A stretch of DNA of 63,586 bases from positions 1-63,586 of the forward strand of contig JBBRVX010000002.1 in assembly GCA_038246475.1 (NCBI GenBank), given 5' to 3'. Of this stretch, positions 20,296 to 28,605 are shown piece after piece. The stretch's first letter is position 1, and each line of letters starts with the position of its first letter. Both the position numbers and the translations under genes were made by a program. This stretch comes from Thermomicrobiales bacterium (GTDB lineage: Bacteria; Chloroflexota; Chloroflexia; Thermomicrobiales; UBA6265). The notes beneath the pieces were generated by a model, which worked only from the letters and a program-made list of their open reading frames with translations, made no database searches and was not told the origin of the DNA.

Positions 20296-21885
20296 ATGAC
20301 GCGGGGCGTTCGGGCACAACGCGAGCATGCCGCGCCGCGTACCCTCTCTCCACGCTTCTGCGGCGCGAAAGGCGGTCGTCTGGCGCGGAACGTTGACGGG
20401 GAGCCTGAGGCCGTGCGCAGCGAGACCGCAATAACGACAGCCCAACCGCTCAAGGAATCCCGGGTCGACGGTGTCGAGGAGCTTGATGGCTGGGAGCGTC
20501 CAGAGCCGCCGCCGCGCGGGGAAGGCCCGTTTGACCGGAGCCGCATTCGCCTGACGATCGGGTTGATGCTGACCATCGTTGCCGTGGGCTTTCAGGCTCT
20601 GGCCGTGGCCACCATCCTCCCAGCGGTGGTGGCAGACCTGGGTGGCCTCTCCCTCTATGGTTGGGCGTTCTCCGCGTTCCTCTTGACACAGCTCGTGGGT
20701 ATCGTCGTGTCGGGGTTGCTTGGCGACGAACGAGGACCCGCTCTGCCGTTCGCGCTTGGGGTGCTTTTCTTCACGGTTGGGTTGATCATCGGGGGCTTGG
20801 CTCCTTCAATGCCGGTGTTGATTGCCGCGCGGGCATTGCAAGGTTTTGGCGGCGGCGCGATATTCTCGACAGCCTATGTCGCCATTGGCCGCGGCTATTC
20901 ACCATCAGCCAAACCGCGCATGTTGGCGTTGCTCTCGACGGGCTGGGTCGTGCCGGGGTTGATTGGGCCGGCGATCGCCGGATTGATGGCGGAAGCCCTC
21001 GGCTGGCGCTCCGTCTTTCTCGTCCTCGCGCCACTGCCGGTGTTGGCCGGATTGCTGGCGTATCCATCGATGCGCCCCATTCCGGCCGGCTCACCCTCCC
21101 CGAACGCCAAAGCCCGGGTCTTAAGTGCGGTTACATTGTCGGTTGGCGCCGGGCTGATCCTGGCGGCCATCGGGATCGGGAATCTGTTCGTCGCCGGCCC
21201 GTTGCTGGTCGCTGGTCTGGCCCTGGCGATCCCGTCGATGGGCAAACTCCTCCCGGCTGGAACTTTGCGGGCCGCGCCTGGAATGCCCGCAGCGGTGGCA
21301 ACCATGGGCCTCCTGAATCTCGCGTTTTTCGGAGTCGATGCGTTCGTGCCGCTGGCGCTTGTTGACGTTCGTGGCGCTTCGGTAGCGTTTGCTGGTCTGG
21401 CATTGACGGCTGGTACGATCGCCTGGAGCACTGGCTCCTGGATTCAGGCGCGGACGGCGGCACGCGTCTCCCGGCGCACCATGGAGCGAATCGGGCTGTC
21501 ATTTCTCGCCCTCGGTGTGGTGCTGACCGCCGCGGTGCTGTCGCCCCAGACTCTATTGGCCCTCGGCCCGATTGCCTGGGGCGTTGCCGGGCTCGGCATG
21601 GGCCTTTCCTATATCACCCTCAATCTCACCATGCTGGAACTCGCTCCTCCGGGACAGGAAGGAAACGCCTCATCATCCATGCAACTCACGAGTGTCCTCG
21701 GCTCGGCGCTCGGCACCGGGATCGGCGGCGCTTTGATCGCGCTTACGCAAACGCGAGGCGAGTCGATTGAACGGGGACTCCTCCTGCACAACGGGCTGAT
21801 GTTTGCGGCGATCGTCCTGGCCTTTGTGGCAGCGCGGGGGCTGCCCGCCAGGCTCGCGCCTGCCACCACTGCAACGAGCTCATAG
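20296..21885 (+). CDS. MFS transporter (true start probably downstream of 20296)
   Basis: 14-TM-like hydrophobic profile from about RIRLTIGLMLTIVAVGF onward. The first ~85 aa of the tracked ORF are R/A/G-rich and non-membrane. Confidence 0.8.
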   Translation: MTRGVRAQREHAAPRTLSPRFCGAKGGRLARNVDGEPEAVRSETAITTAQPLKESRVDGVEELDGWERPEPPPRGEGPFDRSRIRLTIGLMLTIVAVGFQALAVATILPAVVADLGGLSLYGWAFSAFLLTQLVGIVVSGLLGDERGPALPFALGVLFFTVGLIIGGLAPSMPVLIAARALQGFGGGAIFSTAYVAIGRGYSPSAKPRMLALLSTGWVVPGLIGPAIAGLMAEALGWRSVFLVLAPLPVLAGLLAYPSMRPIPAGSPSPNAKARVLSAVTLSVGAGLILAAIGIGNLFVAGPLLVAGLALAIPSMGKLLPAGTLRAAPGMPAAVATMGLLNLAFFGVDAFVPLALVDVRGASVAFAGLALTAGTIAWSTGSWIQARTAARVSRRTMERIGLSFLALGVVLTAAVLSPQTLLALGPIAWGVAGLGMGLSYITLNLTMLELAPPGQEGNASSSMQLTSVLGSALGTGIGGALIALTQTRGESIERGLLLHNGLMFAAIVLAFVAARGLPARLAPATTATSS

Positions 21886-22707
21886 GTGGAGTTGCAAACA
21901 ATGCTCGACATCGCCGCATACCTGAGACGCATCGATTACCGCGGCGAAATCGCGCCATCGATCGAAACGCTGCGCGGGCTGCACCTCGCCCATCTGCGTG
22001 CCGTTCCCTTTGAGAATCTCGACATTCATCTCGGACGGCCGATCGTGCTCGACGAAGAGCAGCTTTTCGACAAGATCGTTCGCCGCCGCCGGGGCGGCTT
22101 CTGTTACGAGCTGAATGGCCTTTTTACCGCGTTGTTACGGGATATCGGATTCGATGTGACGATGTTGGCCGCCCGATTCCCCGCAGAGGAGGGGCATGCC
22201 GAGGGGTCCGAATTCGACCATCTCACCCTACTCGTGCGTGGCGAAAATTTCGCGGACCCGCTTCTAACGGACGTGGCCGCGGGCCGCGGCTCGTTCGCCT
22301 TTCCGTTGGCCTTCGAGATGGAAAGAGAACAAGACCAGCCGGAAGCGGGGAGCGCGTTCCGTTTGCTGCCAGAGGAGGAGGGCGTGCGAGTCTGGCGGCG
22401 GCCGGAGGGCGACGACTGACTGCCGGAGTACCGTTTCACCCTCGTTCCCCGCCGGCTGGCTGACTTCGAGGGCGGCAGCCACTATCACCAGACTTCGCCC
22501 GAATCGGGCTTCACCCAGGGCCGCTTGGCCACGCTGATGACGCATTCCGGCCGCATTACCCTCAGCGAGCGGCGCCTGATCGTCACTCACGACGGGGAGC
22601 GTACGGAGCGGGAGCTGCCCGACGAGGCCGCGGTGCAGCGAACGCTGGCCACGCGCTTTGGCATCGATCTCCACGCATTGCCGAACACAGGAAAGGATCA
22701 ATCATGA
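21886..22707 (+). pseudogene. Arylamine N-acetyltransferase interrupted by an in-frame TGA at 22417-22419
   Basis: ORFs 21886..22419 and 22525..22707 are in the same frame. Active-site RRGGFCYELNGLF, then His (EFDHLTLLV) and Asp (LLTDVAAG), lie upstream of the stop. Reading through gives ...RRPEGDD*LPEYRFTLVPRRLADF...YHQTSPESGFT, a typical NAT domain III. Confidence 0.8.
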
Positions 22708-23306
22708 CGCGGAATGGCCGTCTTACCGAAGCGCCGATCCGGGTGCTTGGCATCGGGGGCAGCACCAGAAAGGGATCGAAAAGCCTGGCGCTCCTGCAAA
22801 GCGCCCTGCATGAGGCGGCGGAAGAAGGGGCAGAGGTCACCCTGGCCGATGTGCGTGCGCTCGATTTGCCCATGTACGACGACGATCGCCCGCTCGACGA
22901 CTACCCGCCATCGCTGCACGAGTTGCTGGCCTCCACTCGCGCCGCGGACGCCTTCATCTTCTGCTCGCCAACTTATCACGGAACTGTCAGCGGCGCGGTG
23001 AAGAATGCCCTCGATGCGCTCAATTTTCTCGACGGCGACGAGCCGCGCTATCTCGGCGGCAAGCCGGTCGCCTTGCTGGCGCTGGGCGGCGGCGGGGCGG
23101 CGAACGTCCTCAACAGCCTGCACCACGCCACCCGCGCGCTCAACGGCCTGACCATCCCGACAACCGTGATCGTCAGCGGCAGCGTGATCCACGATGGGGC
23201 GATCACGGACGAAGGAGTGCGCCGCAGGCTGCAAGGCATGACGCGCGAATTGCTCGATCTGACCGCTCGGTTGCGGCCGGTGGCCGATTTCGCCGAACGC
23301 TATTGA
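22704..23306 (+). CDS. NAD(P)H-dependent FMN reductase family protein
   Basis: VLGIGGSTRKGSKS and FCSPTYHGTVSG motifs. ATGA overlap with the NAT reading frame. Confidence 0.85.
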   Translation: MTRNGRLTEAPIRVLGIGGSTRKGSKSLALLQSALHEAAEEGAEVTLADVRALDLPMYDDDRPLDDYPPSLHELLASTRAADAFIFCSPTYHGTVSGAVKNALDALNFLDGDEPRYLGGKPVALLALGGGGAANVLNSLHHATRALNGLTIPTTVIVSGSVIHDGAITDEGVRRRLQGMTRELLDLTARLRPVADFAERY

Positions 23307-23319
23307 ACAGGAGGATTGG

Positions 23320-23670
23320 ATGCACGAGGAATCATTGGCCCAGATCGAGCGCGAGCTACTCAGTTGGCCCGGCGTGCACTTGGAGGAGGGCCGCTTCAAC
23401 AGCATGACCTACCGGGTTGGACGAAAGGAGATCGGCCACATCCATCGCAATGGCGTTGCCGATCTGCCGTTTCCGCGGGCCAGGTATGAAGAGCTGATCG
23501 CCTCTGGCCGGGCGCAGCCGCACCATTTCGGCGTCCGCGGCTTCGTCAGCTATGCCATCGACAAACCCGGTGGTGTCAACGAGGCGATCGCCCTGTTTCG
23601 CTTGAACTACGACCGCGCCAATGCTTCCGCCGCCGGCCGAAACGCGGAGCTGCTAGATCTCGATGAATGA
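23320..23670 (+). CDS. Small conserved hypothetical protein
   Basis: 116-aa ORF 13 nt after the reductase gene with good GC3 bias. No domain I can name confidently. Confidence 0.55.
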   Translation: MHEESLAQIERELLSWPGVHLEEGRFNSMTYRVGRKEIGHIHRNGVADLPFPRARYEELIASGRAQPHHFGVRGFVSYAIDKPGGVNEAIALFRLNYDRANASAAGRNAELLDLDE

Positions 23671-23778
23671 CAGCCGCCCGCCCGAAGCCGTGCTCCAGGA
23701 ATTGATTGGTCTCGGCGTTTCATTCTACCGACGCGCCGGCGCCTGATTCTGCCGTTTGCGGTCGGGGACCGCGGACGT

Positions 23779-24726
23779 TCAGGCATTGGCGTAGGCCGCG
23801 ACGAGCTCGGCCCCAATCTGTGCCAGATGCCGCCGAACCTCTCCGGGGCCGATGACCTCGATGGCCTGGCCCCAACCGGCGATCTGGGCGGCGATCATCT
23901 CAGGGGAGCTGCCGCTAATCTGGACCTCGATGCGACGCTCGGAGAGTTGCCCGAGCATGGCGACATCGCTGCCAAGCTGCGCGCGCAATCCGTCGAGCGT
24001 GGCGGCATCCACGACGACGATTGCTTGAACGCTGGTCCGGCGCTCTTCGACGTTTGCAGCAATGGCCCGCCAGGCTTCGGCGAGATCGAATCCCTCCGGG
24101 CGAACGGCGGCCAGATCGGTCAGCGTTACTGAGCGAATCCGGCTGACGCGGAAGGTGCGCCTGCCGGCTTCCGTGTCGGCGATGAGGTACCAGATGCCGC
24201 CCTTGGCCACCAGACCCAACGGGTGGACGATCCGTTCGCTCTCCGCTCCCGTCTGGCTCCGGTAGGCGAGGCGGACCTGAACGTTTTCGACCACCGCGCG
24301 CTGCAGCTCTTCCAGATATGGTGAGTCGGACGGCGCGAGCCCTCCCCACCCCGATGGATCGAGCACCGCGGCCGCGGCCGCGGCTTCCGCGTCGGCGCGA
24401 AACGTTTCGGGGAGGGCGCGCACCAACTTGCGCAACGCGGACTTCGCCGCGGGGGTCGCCGCCGCCGAGGGCCCGGTGACGAGGAACAGCGTCCGCGCTT
24501 CGGCCGCGCTGAGCCCACTCAGATCGGTACGGCCCCCACCCAGCAACTGCCATCCCCCTCCCCGGCCGGCCTGCGAGTAGACCGGAATCCCGGCCATGGA
24601 GAGGGCCTCCAAATCGCGGCGCGCCGTCCTGGGCGACACCTCCAGCTCGGCGGCCACGTCGGCCGCGGTCACGCGGCCGCGCGCTTGCAACAGCAACAGG
24701 GTGGCCACCAGACGATCAGCACGCAT
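23779..24726 (-). CDS. YafY-family transcriptional regulator (HTH + WYL domain)
   Basis: MRADRLVATLLLLQARGRVTAADVAAELEVSPRTARRDLEALSMAGIPVYSQAGRGGGWQL, then a central WYL-like block (RIVHPLGLVAKGGIWYLIA). Confidence 0.85.
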   Translation of the reverse strand: MRADRLVATLLLLQARGRVTAADVAAELEVSPRTARRDLEALSMAGIPVYSQAGRGGGWQLLGGGRTDLSGLSAAEARTLFLVTGPSAAATPAAKSALRKLVRALPETFRADAEAAAAAAVLDPSGWGGLAPSDSPYLEELQRAVVENVQVRLAYRSQTGAESERIVHPLGLVAKGGIWYLIADTEAGRRTFRVSRIRSVTLTDLAAVRPEGFDLAEAWRAIAANVEERRTSVQAIVVVDAATLDGLRAQLGSDVAMLGQLSERRIEVQISGSSPEMIAAQIAGWGQAIEVIGPGEVRRHLAQIGAELVAAYANA

Positions 24727-24849
24727 GTCCCCAATGATAGTGGTTAAGTGGTCAGGAGATGGCCACTTTTGTCAGGCATAGTGTGCATGCGGGAACGGAA
24801 TCCCGAACACCCAGGGCGCGAGGGAATCGCGGCGACGAAAGGATCCGGA

Positions 24850-25266
24850 ATGTTGCGAGGGATGGCCACGGTCAACTATTGGGCGGACGATATGAAGGCG
24901 GCACGGACGTGGTACGCCGAGCTCTTGGGTATCGAACCCTATTTCCAACGCCCTGACGCCGAAAACCCCGCCTACGTGGAGTTTCGCATTGGCGACTATC
25001 AAGACGAGTTGGGGCTCATCGATCGCAGGTATGCCCCCGGCGGGGCCGTGGACGGTCCGGGAGGCGCAATTGTCTTCTGGCACGTCGATGACCTGGACGG
25101 CGCGTACGCCAGGCTCAAGGCGATGGGCGCCACCGAATACGATCCGCCCACGCCACGGGGCTCGGGGTTCGTGACCGCGTCGGTGGTCGATCCCTTCGGG
25201 AACATCCTGGGCATCATGACCAATCCGCATTATCTGGAGATGCTGGGTGGGGCCGGATTGGCGTAG
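24850..25266 (+). CDS. VOC (glyoxalase/bleomycin-resistance/dioxygenase) family protein
   Basis: ATG 24850 is preceded by AAAGGA. Sequence MLRGMATVNYWADDMKAARTWYAELLGIEPYF...VVDPFGNILGI. Confidence 0.8.
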   Translation: MLRGMATVNYWADDMKAARTWYAELLGIEPYFQRPDAENPAYVEFRIGDYQDELGLIDRRYAPGGAVDGPGGAIVFWHVDDLDGAYARLKAMGATEYDPPTPRGSGFVTASVVDPFGNILGIMTNPHYLEMLGGAGLA

Positions 25267-25317
25267 CCGCACCGCCCAGGAGGTCGCCAATGGCAGCGGG
25301 CGGACCATGTCGAGTGA

Positions 25318-25455
25318 CCGCCTGTCGATGATCGCGAGCAGAACCTCAACATCGTGCGCTGGACCGAGTTCGAACGAGGCGGGCATTTTGCCGCCATGGA
25401 GGAACCCGACCTGCTCATTGGGGATATCCGCGACTCATTTCGCAACCTCCGCTGA
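25318..25455 (+). pseudogene. 3' remnant of an epoxide hydrolase / alpha-beta hydrolase gene
   Basis: The open frame after a TGA at 25315 reads ...REQNLNIVRWTEFERGGHFAAMEEPDLLIGDIRDSFRNLR*. The W.E...GGHFAA.E.P motif is the characteristic C-terminus of epoxide hydrolases. No start codon or N-terminal body is present. Confidence 0.45.
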
Positions 25456-25488
25456 GCGGGGCGCCACTCCCCCCTGCCCCTCGGTAAA

Positions 25489-25551
25489 GATTGCCAACAT
25501 TGCCAAGATTGCCAACGTTGGGGGGTGGGGTGGGTTGGCAACGTTTGCCAG
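25489..25551. repeat. Three tandem 9-mers (G/C)ATTGCCAA, a G-rich tract and an inverted GTTGGCAA
   Basis: gattgccaa cattgccaa gattgccaa cgttggggggtggggtgg gttggcaacgtttgcca. TTGCCAAC and GTTGGCAA can pair around the G-rich loop. Confidence 0.6.
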
Positions 25552-25614
25552 TGGAGCGCGGTAGGGAGGCGAGGGCAGGACGCCGCAACGTACAGCATTT
25601 CCCCGGATTCCGTA

Positions 25615-26091
25615 TCACGCTGTCTCGACCGTGAGCAGACGGGCCCCCGGACCGTCATCTCCCAGCCGATCGTGCGGATTGAAAAGGACGCAGCGGTCGA
25701 GCGATAGACAGCCACAGCCGATGCAACCACTGAGGTCGTCGCGCAGCCGCTCGAGCTGCGCGATGCGCCGGTCCAAATCCGAGCTCCAGAGCGCCGATAG
25801 CGTCGCCCAGTCCTCCCGGCTGGGCGTGCGGCCCGCGGGAAGGGAATCGAGCGCGGCCCGAATCTCGGCGAGCGAAATGCCAACCCGCTGCGATACCCGG
25901 ATGAAGGCGACCCGGCGCAGCGTCTCCCGCGCATAGCGCCGCTGATTGCCAGCAGTGCGCCGGCTGCGAATGAGCCCCTGCCGTTCGTAGAAGTGGAGCG
26001 CCGAGACGGACACGCCGCCGCGGGCCGCGAGCTGCGCGGGAGTCAGCTCGGGAAGGTTCCAGGCTGGTTTGGACACTACTCCTCCCGCCAC
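25615..26091 (-). CDS. soxR: Redox-sensitive MerR-family activator SoxR
   Basis: MerR HTH (LTPAQLAARGGVSVSALHFYERQGLI) and the [2Fe-2S] motif CIGCGCLSLDRC near the C-terminus. Exact start uncertain (GTG 26091 or 26076). Confidence 0.88.
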   Translation of the reverse strand: MAGGVVSKPAWNLPELTPAQLAARGGVSVSALHFYERQGLIRSRRTAGNQRRYARETLRRVAFIRVSQRVGISLAEIRAALDSLPAGRTPSREDWATLSALWSSDLDRRIAQLERLRDDLSGCIGCGCLSLDRCVLFNPHDRLGDDGPGARLLTVETA

Positions 26092-26122
26092 TTGACCTCA
26101 ACCTTTGTTGAGGTCGTAGTGT
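26092..26122 (+). promoter_or_regulatory. SoxR-box promoter: TTGACC - 19-nt spacer containing ACCTCAAcctttgTTGAGGT - TAGTGT
   Basis: Perfect 8-bp arms (ACCTCAAC/GTTGAGGT) at 26095-26114. CCTCAA-N6-TTGAGG has the same spacing as the E. coli soxS operator. The over-long 19-nt spacer is the MerR-family hallmark. Confidence 0.7.
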
Positions 26123-26187
26123 AGGTCGTGTCGCCAGTGCCCGCGAGGTTCCGCTCGGTCGGACCAACCCCTGTCAGGAGAAACACG

Positions 26188-26685
26188 ATGTCGACGCGAC
26201 AGGCCGCAAGGACCACCGCCCGCGCCGAGCTCCGCGCCAATGAACGAGACGGAAACGCGGAGGTGATCGCCGAGTTTCGGGCCAATGGCGGCGAGGTGGC
26301 GGCGCCCTACCCCGACCCGCCGCCACTGCTCCTGCTGCACACGATTGGCGCGCACTCCGGCCGGGAGCATGTCGTGCCGATGCGGGGGTTGCCCGAGGGC
26401 GACACGCTGTATGTCTTCGCCTCGGCCCACGGCAGCGATCGTCATCCCGATTGGTACTTCAACCTTCTCGCCAATCCTGAGATCATCGTCGAAAAGGGGA
26501 CGGATTCGATTCCCGTGCGTGCGTCAGAGGTCGTCGGCGCCGAGCGCGACATCGTGTTCGCCCGGCAAGCGGCTCGCTTTCCGATCTTCACGGAATACGC
26601 GAGCCGGCTGTCCCGGACTATCCCCGTAATCCGCCTCGACCGCCGCGTTTCCTGGCCCCTGCTAAAGAAGAGGGAGATACCATGA
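26188..26685 (+). CDS. Deazaflavin (F420H2)-dependent nitroreductase-family oxidoreductase (Ddn-like)
   Basis: ATG 26188 is preceded by CAGGAG. Motifs LLLLHTIGAHSGREHVVP, HPDWYFNLLANPEI and IPVIRLDR are typical of this family. Confidence 0.82.
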   Translation: MSTRQAARTTARAELRANERDGNAEVIAEFRANGGEVAAPYPDPPPLLLLHTIGAHSGREHVVPMRGLPEGDTLYVFASAHGSDRHPDWYFNLLANPEIIVEKGTDSIPVRASEVVGAERDIVFARQAARFPIFTEYASRLSRTIPVIRLDRRVSWPLLKKREIP

Positions 26686-27155
26686 ATGCCAGAACCCATG
26701 ACGCCCCGAATGTCGAAGGCGCCCGGTCGTCGCGGGCAACGCCCCCCATCGGGCTCTTCGAGATGGTGCTGGAAGTGGCCGACCTCGCCGCTTCCGAACG
26801 GTTCTACCATGAGGTCATCGGATTGCCGGTGGCCGACCGCTGGGACGACGAGCGCCCGGCCGTCTGGCTGGCCCTCGGCCGCGAGGCCTTCCTCGGTCTC
26901 TGGCCGCCCGAAACTGGCGGCAACGTGGCGATTCATGTAGGCCGCGGTGGGAGCCATGTCCACTTCGCGATGCGCCTGCCGCTGGGCACGCTCGACGCGA
27001 CTCAAGCTCGACTGACAGCCCTCGGCTACAACGTCGAGGAGCGCGACTTCGGACGCGGCAACCGGGCCATCTATCTCGACGATCCGGACGGCAACGTGGT
27101 TGAACTCACTGAGCGGACGACGCAGTGGGACGGCAGGCCGGTAGGTGACGGGTGA
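26682..27155 (+). CDS. VOC family protein
   Basis: ATGA overlap with the previous gene. FEMVLEVADLAASERFYHEVIGLPV...HVHFAMRL...IYLDDPDGNVVEL. Confidence 0.8.
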   Translation: MNARTHDAPNVEGARSSRATPPIGLFEMVLEVADLAASERFYHEVIGLPVADRWDDERPAVWLALGREAFLGLWPPETGGNVAIHVGRGGSHVHFAMRLPLGTLDATQARLTALGYNVEERDFGRGNRAIYLDDPDGNVVELTERTTQWDGRPVGDG

Positions 27156-27200
27156 CGGATGATGGGTGATGGGTGATGGGTGATGGGTGATGGGTGATGG
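27144..27200. repeat. Tandem heptamer array (GGTGAYG)n, with five perfect GGGTGAT copies at 27164-27198
   Basis: ggtgacg ggtgacg gatgat gggtgat x5 gg. The array starts within the last codons of the VOC gene and overlaps its stop codon. Confidence 0.9.
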
Positions 27201-27347
27201 ATAGTGCATCCGCCATATCAGTGCTCGTTGCCATCTACGGCCTCTTGTAGCCGTTGCAGCTGGCGATCGCCGGGATGATCTGTTTGGCAACGCCTTCTCC
27301 CGCGCGCGACTTGCTGCCGCAATCCGCAATCAGCCCTCGGTCTCTGG

Positions 27348-28157
27348 TCAGCTCCCCGACATCCGCTCGATGGTCCGCAGGATCAACGCGGCCGAGCGGC
27401 GGCCAACCTCGGCCGCCGGCAGCACCTCGCCCTGATCCGCCAGCGCGGAGATGACGTGGTACTCGTTGTTCGAAACGTCCTTGACCGTCATGAAGGGCGT
27501 TTCGTGCCGGGCGCAGACGTGGGCGATGGCGGCGGCCTCCATGTCTTCGCAGAGCGTGTTGTGCTGGCCGTGGAGCGTGTCCAGACGCTCGTGCTGCTGC
27601 GTCCAGATATCCGCCGAGCCGACCCGCCCAACGTGCGTGCGGGGCGGACGTTGCTCGATGTCCGGGGGGAGATTGAGCCCTTGCGGCCAGGGATCTGGCG
27701 TCCAACCCTCGGCAGCGGCGATGGTGGCGTGCAGCCATGCCGGGTCGGTGTTGAGCTCCGTCAAGGCCACTTCCTCCCCAGCGAACTGATACTCCAGGCC
27801 AGGGAAGAAGGTCTCTCCATTGGGAAGGATGTGCATGGCGCCATGATTGACCGCGCCGCTGCCGATGATCACATCCCCCGGCAGGATGTCCCGCCGGTGC
27901 GCCCCAACACAGCCGAAGTTGAGGATGGCGCGCGGAGCATAGCGGGAGATGAGATGCTCGGTTCCCGCCGCGGCGTTGACCATTCCGATGCCACAGCGCA
28001 GGGCGATCAGCGGCACGTCGCCGGCCACCACGAATTGGTCCAGCCATGGCCCGTGCCGCTCGTCGCGCACGGGAGTGACCAGATTCAGTAAATGCTGCAG
28101 CTCCGACTGCATGGCGACGACGACGCCGATCGGCGCGCGCGCCTTTTTGCGTTCCAT
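27348..28157 (-). CDS. Nucleoside phosphorylase family-1 protein (MTA/SAH nucleosidase-like)
   Basis: IGVVVAMQSELQHL, GIGMVNAAAGT and EDMEAAAIAHVC motifs. Confidence 0.78.
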   Translation of the reverse strand: MERKKARAPIGVVVAMQSELQHLLNLVTPVRDERHGPWLDQFVVAGDVPLIALRCGIGMVNAAAGTEHLISRYAPRAILNFGCVGAHRRDILPGDVIIGSGAVNHGAMHILPNGETFFPGLEYQFAGEEVALTELNTDPAWLHATIAAAEGWTPDPWPQGLNLPPDIEQRPPRTHVGRVGSADIWTQQHERLDTLHGQHNTLCEDMEAAAIAHVCARHETPFMTVKDVSNNEYHVISALADQGEVLPAAEVGRRSAALILRTIERMSGS

Positions 28158-28179
28158 GCTGAAACCTCCTGTTGCTGCC

Positions 28180-28605
28180 CTAGCGGTTCAGCGCCAGGAC
28201 GATGCTCACCCCGAGTATCGCCAGCACCAGGAGGGAGAGCAGCGCGTAGCGCCGGTCGCCCATCCGCCAGAAACTGATGCCCACGACCACGACCGTGGCG
28301 ACCGGCGTGGCCATGAACCAGAGAATCGCCAGGTCGATGATCCCCGAGGCGTGCCCGGCCCGAACCGCCGCCAGCACATCGATGAAGCGATCGGCCTCAT
28401 GACCGAGCGGTTCGCTCTTGATCAGCGCGACGACCACGCCAACGGCGAGCAACGCCGCGCCGAGGCGGAATCCCCAGGTAAAGATGAGGAATGCCGCATC
28501 GTACAGCGGAGCGAGCCGCTCCGTTCGCAGATCCAGCTCGGCCATCTCCAGCTCCGAGCCTTGCACGGCCATGCGCTCGCCTTCGCCCCTCATGGCGTCG
28601 CTCAT
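28180..28605 (-). CDS. Small membrane protein, DUF1634-like
   Basis: 141 aa with about 3 TM segments and a 4-nt overlap with the upstream TauE gene. This pairing is common for DUF1634 (recollection, not searched). Confidence 0.65.
   Translation of the reverse strand: MSDAMRGEGERMAVQGSELEMAELDLRTERLAPLYDAAFLIFTWGFRLGAALLAVGVVVALIKSEPLGHEADRFIDVLAAVRAGHASGIIDLAILWFMATPVATVVVVGISFWRMGDRRYALLSLLVLAILGVSIVLALNR

Noticed and set aside
20296-20550. N-terminal ~85 aa of the tracked 529-aa MFS ORF as a real cytoplasmic domain
   Set aside because: It is R/A/G/E-rich and overlaps the likely promoter region after the PPOX gene. A downstream alternative start just before RIRLTIGLMLTIVAV is more plausible, but I cannot pinpoint it.
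22417-22419. TGA in the NAT gene as a selenocysteine codon
   Set aside because: The position aligns with an expected Trp rather than a catalytic Cys/Sec. I see no convincing SECIS-like stem-loop in the following ~40 nt, and NATs are not known selenoproteins. I cannot fully exclude stop-codon read-through.
25230-25934. 234-aa minus-strand ORF
   Set aside because: It spans the intergenic repeat block and an alternate frame of soxR. It is R/S/P-rich, while the soxR frame has the HTH and 2Fe-2S motifs.
27144-27200. Possible CRISPR array or telomere-like repeat
   Set aside because: The units are contiguous 7-mers without spacers, and no cas genes lie nearby. It is a microsatellite, not a CRISPR array.
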